Source: Octopus vulgaris
Lineage: Eukaryota
NCBI GenBank assembly: GCA_951406725.2
Contig: OX597815.1
Coordinates: 173,538,001-173,602,000 of the forward strand
Length of the DNA stretch: 64,000 bases
Reading direction: 5' to 3'
Shown: one piece after another, positions 27,417 through 40,742 of the stretch
How positions within the stretch are numbered: position 1 is the stretch's first letter
Layout: each line of letters starts with the position of its first letter
Made by a program: the position numbers and the translations under genes
Notes under the pieces: model-generated
What the model saw: only the letters and a program-made list of their open reading frames with translations
Told to the model about the DNA's origin: nothing
The model's database searches: none

Positions 27417-28970
27417 GGAGGAAGTTTTCAAGCTTCTATTTATAAAAGTTGTGCAAGTCTAGCATAAGGTGTCTCAGCTATATGTGGATGGTACAAGTAT
27501 TCAAGGTTAGAGAGAAGTGACACCAACAGGAAAAATGTTGAATAAAAGATAGTCAAGACATTTGGCTTGAACATATTTTGAGAATTTATGATGAATATGA
27601 AAAAACAGATGGTGTATGAGATGGTAATGAGAACAGCTATAAACATAAAAAGACAAACAAGATATTTGTAAAATTCATATAGTTAAAAGGATATAGGCCA
27701 CAAAGTGATGTGTGTTTGTGTGTATGTATGTGCATCATCATCATCATGTAATGTCCATTTCCATGCTACTATAGGTTGGATGTTTTGACAGGAGCTAGCA
27801 AACTGGAGAGCTGCATCAGGCTCCACATGTCTGGTTTGACATGGTTTCTATGGCTAGATGCCCTTCTTAACACCAAACACTTTACAGAGTGTACTGGGTG
27901 CACTCACAAGGCATTAAGTCAGCCTGAGGCTATAAAAGAAGTCAACTGCCCAAGATGCTATGCACTGGAATAAAACTTGAGACCATGTAATTGCGAAGTG
28001 AACATCTTAACTACACAGTCATGTCAACACATTTTCAGTAGTGTGTATGTCTGTGTATGCATATGTAACTGAGTTACATACATGCAAGCCAATGTGTGAC
28101 AAATTATACAATACAGAGTAATGTTAATGGTAAAGGGTTAATCAGTTTGAGGTTATTAGTAGAAGACACTTATCAAAGATGCCATAAAGTGGGGCTGAAC
28201 CCCAAACTATGTGACTGTGAATGCCAGCACATTTTTTTGTATCAGCTAATTAATTGTTAAAAAGACTACATTAATGTCTGTCTAAAAGTACTGACAGTAA
28301 TGCGCTGCGGTGGTTTAGTATATCTATTTTCTTTCAACTTTAGGAGAGGGGGCTAGTTGATTATATCAACCCCAGTGCTCAACTGGCACTTATTTTATTG
28401 ACCCCAAATGAATGAAAAGCAAAGTTGACCTCAACAGTATTTGAACTCAGAATGTAAAGCTAGAAGAAATGTCACTAAGCAATTTGTCCAGCATGCTACT
28501 GATTCTGCCACTTTGTTACCAGAAGGTGGTTTAGTATATGAATTTCCATTTACCTACATAAATATATCAATCCATATCACGAACAACATAAGTTTTATGC
28601 ATGCTTTTTTATATTGAAGTAGTATCAATAGAAATTTAAAGAATTTGCCTCTACTTAGGATTATACTTTTGCTCGCATTTATGATGTTTATGTCAGAAGA
28701 ATATTTCTGGAAGATTCAGCTACAAGAAGGGGACAATATCCATAGTATTTTCATATTTTCTAAACCAAAGAGAATGGAGACATGACAGCCTAGTCCTTTT
28801 ACAATACTAGAACATGTTTAAATATCAAAGAAATAGTTTTGCGCTATACACCACATCAAATGAATAATACATTGCTAAAACAAAGTTGCTGCAAATACTT
28901 AGTAATATCTAATCTCTGGTAGTGGCCTCATGTCTTTAGTATTATCAGTACTGGTTTACAAAGACTACAT
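27219..28970. repeat. Inverted repeat with 198-bp arms (27219-27416 and 28773-28970)
   Basis: Manual alignment gives 7 substitutions and no indels; the spacer is 1356 bp. Confidence 0.95.
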
Positions 28971-30648
28971 TTATGATAGTTAAATAAGACTCATTAAGGT
29001 AGTATTCTATGACCAGATGTCCTTCTTATTGCCAAACTCTACCTATTTCCATGTAATGTATTTATATTCCAGTGGTCTTATAATGGCAAAATCAAAGTTA
29101 CAGGATGAGCTTTTTACAGATGTAAACAGATACCATTGTCTCTGAGATAGTGCTACACAAAGACATGTGGAAAGCAAACATTTATGCATATGTATACATA
29201 TGTATGTGCATAGGTACACACACACAAATAAGCTTCCATATAGTTTCTGTCTATCAATGTCACTCACAAGTTATGGGTCAGTTACAACAAAAGACACTTG
29301 CGCAAGGTGCCAATACATGGTTATAAAGTGAATCCTGTATCCACATGGCTATGGTATGCCTGAATATATATATATATATGTTCAACATTAAGTTCTTTCC
29401 GAACTTACAAGATTTTCAAAGTGAAATTTTCCACCTCTACTGGTAATTCAGTAAATAATTACTTAAATATATCAGTGTTCTGAGCTCCTATTCAGTTCAT
29501 ATCAGCAAAAACTTCAGATCTCCTATGACAGCATTGATACACACACACATACATACACTCACACACTTTAGAAGCTAATTTTGTAAAAAGAAGTAACTTT
29601 TCTACCTACAATAGATGAATATCATAGAAGTAGACAATGACTACCAGTGTAATTGGTAGCTTTTTGAAATTTATCTGAAAATAACATAATTCCTGTCTTA
29701 TTACAGGAGAAGCCAACTGAACTTTAAAAAAAATTTGTGAGCAATTTCAAGCAATTAACATTTGTGATTACAGAACAAAAGAAGTGATCTAACAGTAACA
29801 ATTTAATGAATCCAATAATAGATCATTCTAAGCCAGACAGCTATTTAGTCACAACTTTCTTAATTCGAGAAACTAATAAAATCTTCATAAAAAAAAAGCA
29901 CAAAATAATAAATAAGATAATCTAATTAGGAGCAGGTTCAATCCCAAATCATAACTGAGATTTGTATTTAGCTAGTCAATGCCTTTGTGTAATAATTGAC
30001 AAGTAAATTAAGTGAACAGTAAAAGGACATATGCAGTAAAAATAAAGACTTGCGCAAACACCAATAAAGAATGAAGAGTAACTCAGAGAATATTGAAGAT
30101 AAACAAATTACATATGTCTGAACTGAAAGCTAGCAAGATTTGTATGGAGTTTGAAATAGGTAATGAGATATAAATAGCTCTAATCGAATAACAGATAGTA
30201 CCAATAATAGAAACTGAATAACTAAATTAAATGGAAAATTCCGAACAAATTACTCATATACATTTGTCTGTTAACGTAAGGAAAATTCATGAAATTTTTT
30301 TTTTTTTTTGAATTGAAATAATTTACTAATCACTGCTAATATTACTGAAGTGTGTCTGGCATTTTTCATACACTATTAGTAATGGTAAGATGTGAAAAGT
30401 GTTTCTTGAAGCATGACATATAACAAATCTAGCTTTAATGGACAATACAGTAAAAGTAAATATGTAGAAGTACTTGTATGACAATGTTCAAAGCAAAGTA
30501 ATACTCTTTAAAAGTTCTAATAGTTGCAAACTTGATGCCTACACTGCATTCATCAATATAACTAAGTGATTAGATCTACAATAAACTGATGGGGAACAAA
30601 CTTTAGGTAGTGCAAACCTTACAAGGAATTTAGAAGGAACTGTTAGAG

Positions 30649-30887
30649 CAGAGGTTCTCAGCTGAGACCCATATAAGATTTTGTTATTAAAATGTATGCA
30701 CAGTAAATTGGTTGTACTTCTATAATACACAACACATTTTGATAATTTTTTTATACAACTCCTAACAATATTTAATTATAAAGTATAATAGGATTTTTTA
30801 AGCATCAACTGGTTATGAGGGTCAACCCAAATAAAAAGGAATCAAAGAGGTCCAGAAGTAAAAAAAAAAAGTGGTTGAGAATCATTG
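30649..30887. mobile_element. hAT-type (Charlie-like) MITE, 239 bp, old
   Basis: TIRs cagaggttctcagc and gttgagaatcattg resemble CAGTGGTTCTCAAC. The 8-bp flanks tgttagag and tgacagag match at 6/8 and look like a decayed TSD. Confidence 0.7.
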
Positions 30888-32440
30888 TGACAGAGTGAAT
30901 GATCAAATCTGTTGACATACTGAATTTTAATGGAAGAAAAGTGATATAAGGTGGGGAGGCAATACTGTCATGATTGACAGACAGGCTGAAATTTTGCCTT
31001 TGTCACATGAGATAAAGATACACACTTCATGTCACCAAATAAAAACCTACAGTAGAAAAAAATTTAATGATATTCTGCACATTCTTTCAAATACATAACT
31101 TTCAGGCACATTCTTAACACTAAAAAATATTTTGACCACAAGAAAAAGGTTTGATTTCATGAAAGAGGAAAAATTCAAACAAATTTCTTCACAATTTGTT
31201 TCTCAATAAAATATTACTTGAATGATAATATTCTAAGCTATTTTCTAAATTTTATCTTCATATTGTAATTGATTTAACAGTTATGCAATTGTATAGAAAA
31301 TTTTTCAACCACACACTACATATTGGAATTGTGCATTCAAATAAAAGATCTTACATAAGTATAATCAGTTTTAGTAGAGAAGTTGAAATCAATGGTACAA
31401 AATTAAAAGCGTGTATTAATGTAGATCATCGAGAACAGAAAATACAATAAAAGTGACATCACAATAGATAAACCAGTGTAAATACTCAATTTGTAATAGA
31501 GAAAATGAGATATTTTAAGCAATGTGCCTAACTCTTAAAATCTTAATACAATTGATATTAGATAAATGAAAAAAAAAAAAAAATTAAAGATGTCTACTTA
31601 TAGGAATCAAATCCTGTAGCTATCATCTGGCACTGTTTGAGCTGCATCATTGAACTTCTTTTCCTATTCTGTCTAGAATTTGAGTTGACAGTGTCCAATA
31701 CTGATACATTAAACAGATCAGATAATACTACTCATCAGGTTTTAAAATGAACTTTGCTCCCTAACATATGTGAACTTGTACACACACACTTCTCTGTTGT
31801 TTATCATGCTACAAAGAGCAGCCAAATTTTCCTCAGATCATACCTGACATTTTTAAAAGGACTATTGGCTAAAGTATTCATAGATAAACAAAAGATGGAT
31901 TGTCATTGTTGGAATTTTTTTAACCACAAGCCCATATGATCAAGACTAACCTAGAGATACAACAACAACATATTTCTCAAAAGTAAAACAATAGAGAAAT
32001 ATTACAAATATGAATTTTTAATGATGATACAAGACTACATTTTTTTTTTTTTTTGGATGGAAGAAAGGCACAGACATTTTAATTAACTCAATAATATTGA
32101 AATCATAAAAGAAATATCTATTAAGAACCTATTTGTCAGTTAAATAGCAAGAGAACTTCTCTGAAAATAAAAAAAAGTTGTCAATGATGTAGGCAAAATA
32201 AATAAAATTGTATTAAAAGTAAAACAACCATAATATCTGAAATTTGAAATAATAACAACACCCAATATTGTTCTCCTTTAGAGGTGAAACCTACTAAGAA
32301 TTTTATGAGATATAAAATCAATTAGGGTTTTTTTTAAAGTATGTATAAAATAACTTAATAGTGCAAAAAGTATAAATATTCTTTAAGGTGTAATCAGTCA
32401 TTTGATAAAAGTCAAACAAGTCACCTTTATAAGTACTTAC

Positions 32441-32596
32441 ATCTCTTTGAGTAGTTTCTTTTAAAACAAGTTCTAATCCATCTAGAGCAATGTGAAATTC
32501 TTCAACTCGACGTCGAAATTGGAACCAAAGAGGAACAGTCATGGATAAATTTGCTTTCCTTGTCTCTGCATTAGCTTTGATGTTATCTAACTGGAG
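32441..32596 (-). CDS. Internal coding exon (156 nt, phase 0-0) of the same spectrin-repeat gene
   Basis: The minus strand reads ttttaaattttcag|CTCCAG...AGAGAT|gtaagt. Translation is LQLDNIKANAETRKANLSMTVPLWFQFRRRVEEFHIALDGLELVLKETTQRD, inside track ORF 32318..32707. It has the helix C to helix A junction pattern R...L.....LW..F, and joins in frame after ...RDQLQ of the 51647-51778 exon. Confidence 0.87.
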
Positions 32597-33907
32597 CTGA
32601 AAATTTAAAAATAAAAATAAGTATATGATCAAAATAATTGAGAAGCTAAAGTGATGAGCACCTGTGGACATGATCTTACAATAAGGTGAAGGGATAATAA
32701 AAAACACCTCCCTTTGTTTTATAATTTCTGGCTATAAATCAGGTCCTAGTCATACCTAACAAGATTGATAGTGTGGATAGCATACAATTAGTATCAAATA
32801 TTCTAACATTACAGAAGCATTCAAAATTTACAAAACTCAATCCCATCTATGGACAGCATAGATTAAAAGAAAAGGGAGGTGGAGGTGAATAATATTTTTT
32901 GTTCAGTAGTTTAACAGCAGATGGGTTAATATAATTTGAAAATTAAACACTAAAATTAATTAGTAAGCTTAAATACATAAAATTAGTTGATACATATTTT
33001 GTCAAGCATAATGTTTATTGGTTTGAATTAATCATACATTATCTCACTACAATGATAGTATATTTTTACAATGATATTGTATGGCAAGTGTGAGAGGCCA
33101 AATTTGGTCAGTTTGAACGTAGAACATGTAGATGTGGTTGGTTTAAATGCTAAAGTGTTAAATTCTATAGAAATTATTAGGGAGCTCTGTGAACAGTCTT
33201 GGTATATTATTACTGAAGGATACAAAATTATAAGTACTGGCGATGATAACCAAGCAATGCAAACAAAAATGTTGCAGTCCTTAATTAACATAGAAATAAA
33301 AGAATGAATATACACAAAGCTTAGAATCCATTCAGTAAACTCAGCAAAGAATCTAGCACAATATGGTATAACTGAAATGAGTTTCCATGTTCTCAAATGT
33401 GAAAAACCTTACAAACTTGTTGATTACAATTTCATTTTATATAGAATACAATGAAACCCAGCTTATAGTTAAGTGCATATAGAAAAACGAAATGTTCATA
33501 CCAGTAACACAGAAGTAGATAAAAACAACTAAAAAAAACCCAAATGTTTGCATAAAATTATGTGTCTGTTAGTGCAAGGTTTTTCCTATTGAAATGTATA
33601 TCGTAAATTGTAGAGTTTAACTGACTAGTTATGAGTTATATTTAGTAAGGACTGAGTTTTAAATATTTGATTTTCTTAGTTAATGTGATTGGCAGTAAAG
33701 TGTAGGTAACTGAGATATATAAAAAAAGAAAAAAAGAAAAGGAAAAAAGAAATTAAATATGAAATTTTGGATGAACTAAAAACTTTAGCGACATCTTGCA
33801 TTCAGATTGTTTAAACAGAAATATAAAATAGAGAAATGTGACTCTTGAGAATAAAGAGAATATTAAAATAATAGAACGAATAAAATCAAGCACAAAAAAT
33901 AGCTTAC

Positions 33908-33961
33908 TTTAAGACTTCCAAGACATTCATCTTCACATTCTGCATTTTGTAAAAAGTCCAT
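33908..33961 (-). CDS. Candidate alternative first coding exon (MDFLQNAECEDECLGSLK) for a short internal-promoter isoform
   Basis: ATG sits in a GCTATGG context, followed by 18 open codons and a strong phase-0 donor AAA|gtaagc in frame with the 32441-32596 exon. There is an in-frame stop just upstream. It could instead be a 68-nt internal exon (33908-33975) with a weak acceptor, or chance. Confidence 0.4.
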
Positions 33962-35521
33962 AGCCAATACAACATCTGTGTATTATATGGCCAGACAGAT
34001 TAGGACTTAGGCAAATTTATGCATAACATGGAAGTGCAGAAATTGAAGTCCAAGACAGGTCATAGAAAAGAAGTTCCTAGAAGTGACCTTTTAACCTTCA
34101 GTAAATATGATACAGAACATATTTGATTCATTTAGTTTCTATTGTAAGAAATGAATTACAACCGAAAAAAGTTGACAGAACTGAATAACAACAGAATGGT
34201 TAGTACAGACTAGCACCTCAATTTTATGAATAAGATATATAGAGTTAAAAAAATAATTAGAGCCGAAGATTGACATATCTGAAACGTCAGGAAGTGAGTA
34301 AAATATTATTTGAGAAGAAGCAGTAATTTTATTGACCTTCACATGTAGCACTGAATGTCAGAAAAGAAAAATATGAATAAAAGAAATGTGCATAAAGTAA
34401 ACTTACAAGACATGAACCTTCTTAAGAGAAAAAGGCCAATGAGATACAATAGCTGTAGTCAAAGCATTAGTCTACTGACCACGTACTTATAAATTTAAAA
34501 CTTACAGACAGCAATTATTGTCTTTTACCTCTGAGTAAATAAAGCAACAAAGAATACTGTAATAAGAAATTTGTAATGCTTCCAAAATTCATAAGAACTT
34601 AAGAGATTATTTCATAGGCATATAATTTTAGTTGGTATTTCAAAAGGCTAGAAAGTAAATTCACTGTTGCTGTACATTATCTTTATTATTAAGTAGATTT
34701 TTCAATTAATTATTTCATTACTATTGTTTGAAGTACTACAATTGTTAGGATACATTATTTCACAAATAGCTAAAAACTATGCAATTTCATGTCCATGTAT
34801 AAATAATAGATATAATCAGAAAGATTTAAAGTAATTCCTTACATAAATATAAGAAACTGAGTATAAACAGAAAGACTGTGGATTGGAAAGTTATAAAATC
34901 AAAGATGCAATTTTACAAGGGGATGTTCCTTTTAAAGCTGTTTACAAGAAAAGGTTGCAAAGTCTGCCTCAAAATGATGTGGCTTCAGGTTCAGAGAAGA
35001 AAACTGTTTATGATGCAATGCAGTGGCATCTTGAGTGTCTTCTGTTATACCTTCAGACCAGTCAATGCCTTGTGAGTGGAACTGGTAGATAGAAACTGCA
35101 TGAAAGCCCATTGTGTGTGTGTATACACACACACACACATATTTATACAGATATCAATGTATGCCCAGATATCCTTCTTGTTACCAAACCTCCACTTGTT
35201 CCCACGTGGGGTAATAATCTCAGTCTAACAAAGAACCTGGACTTATTTTGCGTTGGAAACAAATAATACCATATAAGTATCACATGACATGGCAGGAAGT
35301 CCAGACACACTTTTGTGGCTGGCTGTAAGCGAATGGCATCATCAGAAAGCCATCATTTACAAACTAGCAAATGAAAGAGAAATAGAAACTCACTCATTCA
35401 CACACAATAATATGGATGAAGACATAAGAAAACTGTAACTTTAACAGCAGGATCTGAGCACTACCTCTTCTGTAAACTATACAGCTATGTTCTCTCACTC
35501 TTTCCTTCCCTCCCACTCTTT

Positions 35522-35590
<69 letters not shown>

Positions 35591-38500
35591 TCATAGTGAA
35601 TTTCTGTCTTTGAAATCCATTGACAAGGCTTTAGTTTGTCAGAACTGTAGTAGAAGACACTTGTCCATAGTACCATGCAGTGAGATTGAACTTCAAATTA
35701 TGTGGTTGAGAAATAAAATTTCTCTGTTATTGTCACACCACTGCTGTTGTTACGCCTCATGATTGTATAGGCCAAGTGGAATTCCCTTGAAGAGATTCTC
35801 TATGGTTGGATGCCTTTCCTGTCGCCAACCCCAAACTATTTTCAAGTAAGGCAATATTTCTCCACAACTGGACAAGATTTAAAGGAAGTTGGAAGCAAAG
35901 GACATTGTTTGTATGATGGTGATGCATGAAATCAAGACAATGATACATAAACAGGTATACATATACAACAAGCTTCTTTCAGTTTCCTTCCACAAAATCC
36001 ATTCACAAAGCTTTAGTCAACATGGAGCTATAGGACAAGGTACTTGCCCAAGGTACACAGTGGGATTGAGCCCCAAATCATGTGGTTTGGGAAGTTAACC
36101 ACACAACAACATACACTAGACATAAGCATATTTAATACCCACTTTTTTTTTTTTTAAACTATTTCTCACCCATTTTCTCCATATTCTGCAATTTAGCATT
36201 TTGAAATACATACAACTGTAAAAGAGTCAAATTATACATATACTAGTACACATTAAGCTATACTGCTACAGGTTAAGCATCTGATAACATGATAGCTTAT
36301 TGCCAGCAGGACCTGCCATAAACATGCTATTTGAAATAAAATATGTAATAAATTATGATGAAGATGCTGATGGCAATGGTAATAATGATAGTGCTGCTAA
36401 AAAGGATGGTGCCAAAGTTCAAAGTATCATGTGGAGCAAATCTAATTTTCCTTTCCAAATAAATATAAAAATCATGCAATTTCAAAGAATTTGAAAATGA
36501 ATAACCAATCTTTTATATATTATATAAAAGGCAAATATTAAAATTGCTAGTAAATAATCTATTATATGTGCACAAATATGATTAAGTGAGGGGAAAACAT
36601 GAGAGAAATAGAGCAATTTGTACCATATATATTAATAATAAAAATTCAAGAGAATGTGAAGGCTGACGACTAAATTTAATTAAGAATTATCACACACAAA
36701 AGGTCTGCTTTAATTGGCAATCATTCTATTCATAGCCTGTAATTGTTGAAGGGAGTGGATTATTCTAAATTAATTAAATGATGTCAAAAGATGAAAAACC
36801 TTGCATATTTACAAACCACTAATTAAGGCTATGAATTGTAGGCCTTACAGGCTCTAAGTACTTGTAAGCTTAGTTCAATACATTGTCATTAAAAGTATGA
36901 TTTTGAACAACGTTATTATTATCATTTTGATATCCATCTCTTTTCTATACAAGTATGAGCTGATGAAGACTTGTTGAGACAGTATGCTATGGCCAGAGGC
37001 CCTTCCTGTTGCTATCCTGTACTTGTTTCCAAGTAAGGTATTTATTCCATTGACTGCTCAATGGCCAGCATTAAACAATGATACCACTGATGAAATAGTG
37101 ACATTATTTTATGCTAAAGCATGTAAACAATGTTAGGAAACAAATGGGATAACATACATGAAACAGGCTTCTGTACAGTTTCCATTTGCTAATTTCCCTT
37201 GCAGAGCATCAGTCACTCCTGAAGCTGACCATAGAGAACAAACTCAAAACCATATGGTTGTAAAATAAACTATTTACTATACTGTTATGTCTACTTTGAT
37301 GAATAACTTTTATTGCAAACGTATGCAGTTAGTTATAATTTCTTTTGGTGGTGGGGAGGTGTTAAATCTTATCAAAACATTTAAGGCATATTTGGTTGAT
37401 TTGTTTTTTTTAAATATTTCTTTGCTTTAACTGATCAATAGTTGAATATATTTAAACAAAGAAATTTGAAGTGTAATAAGCCATACATAAACTGTGTGTT
37501 TTACCAATATGAATTAAAAATCATTAACTATGTTTGAAAACAATGACATAACAGCTATGGAATCTTATTACATATGCAGCAGAAAGAAAAACTTACTGTC
37601 TTGAAATAAGGTCACTAATATTTGGTGTTGATTCTATAATCTTAACAATAAACAGCATCAAAAGTAGGCATATTCATAGAAAGAAAGAAATGGAACAATA
37701 GATTTAAAATATCTATATGTGAAACCAAACTTGAAGCAGTTTACCTAAAAATATTATACAGCACATACAGGAAGAAATACTACTGTATAGCGATTATTTC
37801 TTTAGTTAAATAGAGAGACAAACACATTAATGTTTAATTGATTTCTAAGAATGAAGATGAAAATGAGTGGAAAGTCTTATCACAGTTTAAGGAGCTTGAC
37901 TACGGACTTAATGGTCATGAGTTCAAACCTTAATGCATCAGACATTTTTGTCTTGCCCTATACCTCATTGAAAAATGTACTTCATAGTTGAAAAGTTAGT
38001 GATAGAAAGTGCAGTCATAAAACAATAGTTTTAAGAGTTTGCAAATGTTGCTGGGGGGGGGGGGCACAAAACAAAACAAACAAACTCACCTATGTTAACA
38101 TAAAAGAGTATTTGAGAAAGCATAACTTACTCATTGCAAGACTAAAATGATGGATTAGTAGCCACAAAACCACAAGTCTAAACCTTATTTAAATACATTA
38201 CTTCACCTGCAATAGTTTACTAAGTAGAAAAATTTTCATATTAAAGAAATGATGAAACACTCAAAATTATGCCGTGTTATCATGCAATTAAAAGAAGAAA
38301 AAAACCCATACAATTATTATAATTATTAATAAATTGAAGCTATATAGAATCATATTTTCAAAGCTCCCAGATCACTGCCAAAATAAACTCACTTTTATGT
38401 AATTTTCACCAAAAGAGAAACCACTCCCTTGGATTTTGATCTATTACACCATTACCATATATAATGATAAGGGTGTTATGCTGGATGTCTAGTTGGTTAA

Positions 38501-39568
38501 GAATCACCATAGTTCTTTGGTTCTTAGATGAGCACAAAAGGAAAGCAATGCCAAACATTGTCCACTCCTTTGCATAACCTAGCTAGAATTTTTCAGTTTG
38601 CCAAAATTCTTTATTAGTAATTTATTACTTAACATTGTCAGATTACAGAGTTTTTTTTGTCTGGTCGTTTGTAGTTTCAGATTTTGATCACTTTTAAAAT
38701 GTATAAATATAACTGAACCGAGCCAACCCTAAAATTAAAAGTACACAGTTGAAAAAAGACAGTCTTTAAATAGCTGTTGGCTACAAAATTACAATTTCAT
38801 GCAAAAAAAAAAAAAAAAAAAAAAAAAAAAGGACAGACACAATTGTATTGTGATTTTAATCAGGTACACTGAAAGACAATTGCTATCAGAAAATATACAA
38901 TACACCAATTTTTAAAATTTTCTAAATAATTCAGTTCTTAAAGGAATTTACCTAATGTAAAGAGAAATTTAAAAAGAAGAGGGTTACACATTTAAAAAGA
39001 AACTGAGTTTAACTAAAAAATGTAGTCCTATAATAATAATCTGCAGTCTATATTTAACAGGGCATAATACATACTGCTAATTTTTCTTATCAGTATTCTT
39101 TTGATTTTATACTTAGCATTTTAAAATATGAGGCACCATCAAAAATGTTTCTAAGATTAGCACAGTTGTGTTCTATATACTCTACAAAAGTGTGTATATG
39201 TGAAGAGAACCTATTATTGACTGTATGTAATCCCATCACCAACAATAAACTTTCTTACGAAAAAAAAACTATCTACAAATATCAATTCTTTTAAAAATAA
39301 AAATAAGCAACAAAAGATGTCTTTAGAACTAATACCGACAGTTTGTGACTATCTAATTGCAATCATAATTGTCATCTTTGTTGTGTTAGTTTTTGTTTTT
39401 CTTTTTTGCTAGGGAAGTCTTAGAAACTGCAGTCAATTGTAAAAATGCAAACATTTGATACGACTGAGTTGTAAGTTTAGCAGATAGAGAAATTTGTAGA
39501 TTAATCTTGCTAGGCAACTATCTTATATGTCATCTTACAAACATTGCTTATCGAAAGTAGTGCAAATG

Positions 39569-40360
39569 CTCTTTTGGCACTTGAATTTAGTACTCTGCGA
39601 GAAGAAACAAATTATTGTCTGATAACAAGGACTATCAATACAGAATGAATAACAGCCAGAAAAGGTAGGAGGATCTTACTAACAAGGATATCATGCTAAA
39701 ACAGAAGTGATTATATTAAGCAATAAAGTTGAGAAAAACTTATTAAACAAAGCCTCTTTTACTTTGGCAGTCAGTTTAAAAAGAGATTTACAGCTTCTAT
39801 ATATAACGCAACTGGATGAGACAGATGATACCTCTCACTTGCAAAGCCTCCTTCATATTCTGGCAAAGTAACTTAAGTTTTTACCTGCCTAATAAACTTA
39901 AGCAGGTAACAAGCGAATCCAAAGATCCACCCTATGGTAATGTTACAGAGTTAACAATAATAATTAGACACCATATCAGCTAAGAGACCAGGCAGAGCTA
40001 TGCAAATATTAGATACTTTGTAAACCATAGATGTAACAAATGAAGTAGAGGGATTATTAGATAGGTATAATTAGTTAGAGATATTTTATGTCATCCAAAG
40101 GCAGAGAAATACCACAAGTTAACAGAAACAGGACTTTTCTCACTTTTTAAAAAATGTTCTGGCAAAGTAAAAGAAGCTTTGTTTAAAAAGTTTTTCTCAA
40201 CTTTATTGCTTAATATAATCACTTCTGTTTTAGTATCATATCCTTGTTAGTAAGATCCTCCTACCATTTCTGGCTGTTATTCATTCTGTATTGATAGTCC
40301 TTGTTATCAGACAATAATTTGTTTCTTCTCGTAGAGTACTAAATTCAAGTGCCAAAAGAG
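39569..40360. repeat. Inverted repeat with 202-bp arms (39569-39770 and 40159-40360)
   Basis: Manual alignment gives 7 substitutions and no indels; the spacer is 388 bp. Confidence 0.95.
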
Positions 40361-40742
40361 TGGCTGTGTGGTAAGTAGCTTGCTTACCAACCACATGCTT
40401 CTAGGTTCAGTCCCACTGCATGGCACCTTTGGCAAGTGTCTTATACTATAGCGTTGGGCCAACCAAATCCTTGAGTGGATTTGGTAGACAGAAACTGAAA
40501 GAAGCTCATCGTATATATGTATATATATATGTGTGTGTGTGCGTTTGTCCCCCCAACACCGCTTGACAACCGATACTGGTGTGTTTACGTCCCTGTAACT
40601 TAGCGGTTCAGCAAAAAGAGACCGATAGAATAAGTACTAGGCTTACAAAGAATAAATCCTGGGGTCGATTTGCTCGACTAAAGGCAGTGCTCCAGCATGG
40701 CCGCAGTCAAATGACTGAAACAAGTAAAGAGTAAGAGTAAGA
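40358..40742 (+). mobile_element. Family A SINE, slightly 5'-truncated
   Basis: High identity to 15186-15572, with a (GTAAGA)n-like tail. Confidence 0.9.

Noticed and set aside
31594-31700. Coding-looking minus-strand stretch just downstream of the 32441 exon
   Set aside because: All frames hit stops before any usable donor site.
38393-38440. Possible 48-nt phase-0 minus-strand exon (IKIQGSGFSFGENYIK) ending at gtgagt
   Set aside because: The acceptor has no polypyrimidine tract and there is no homology support.
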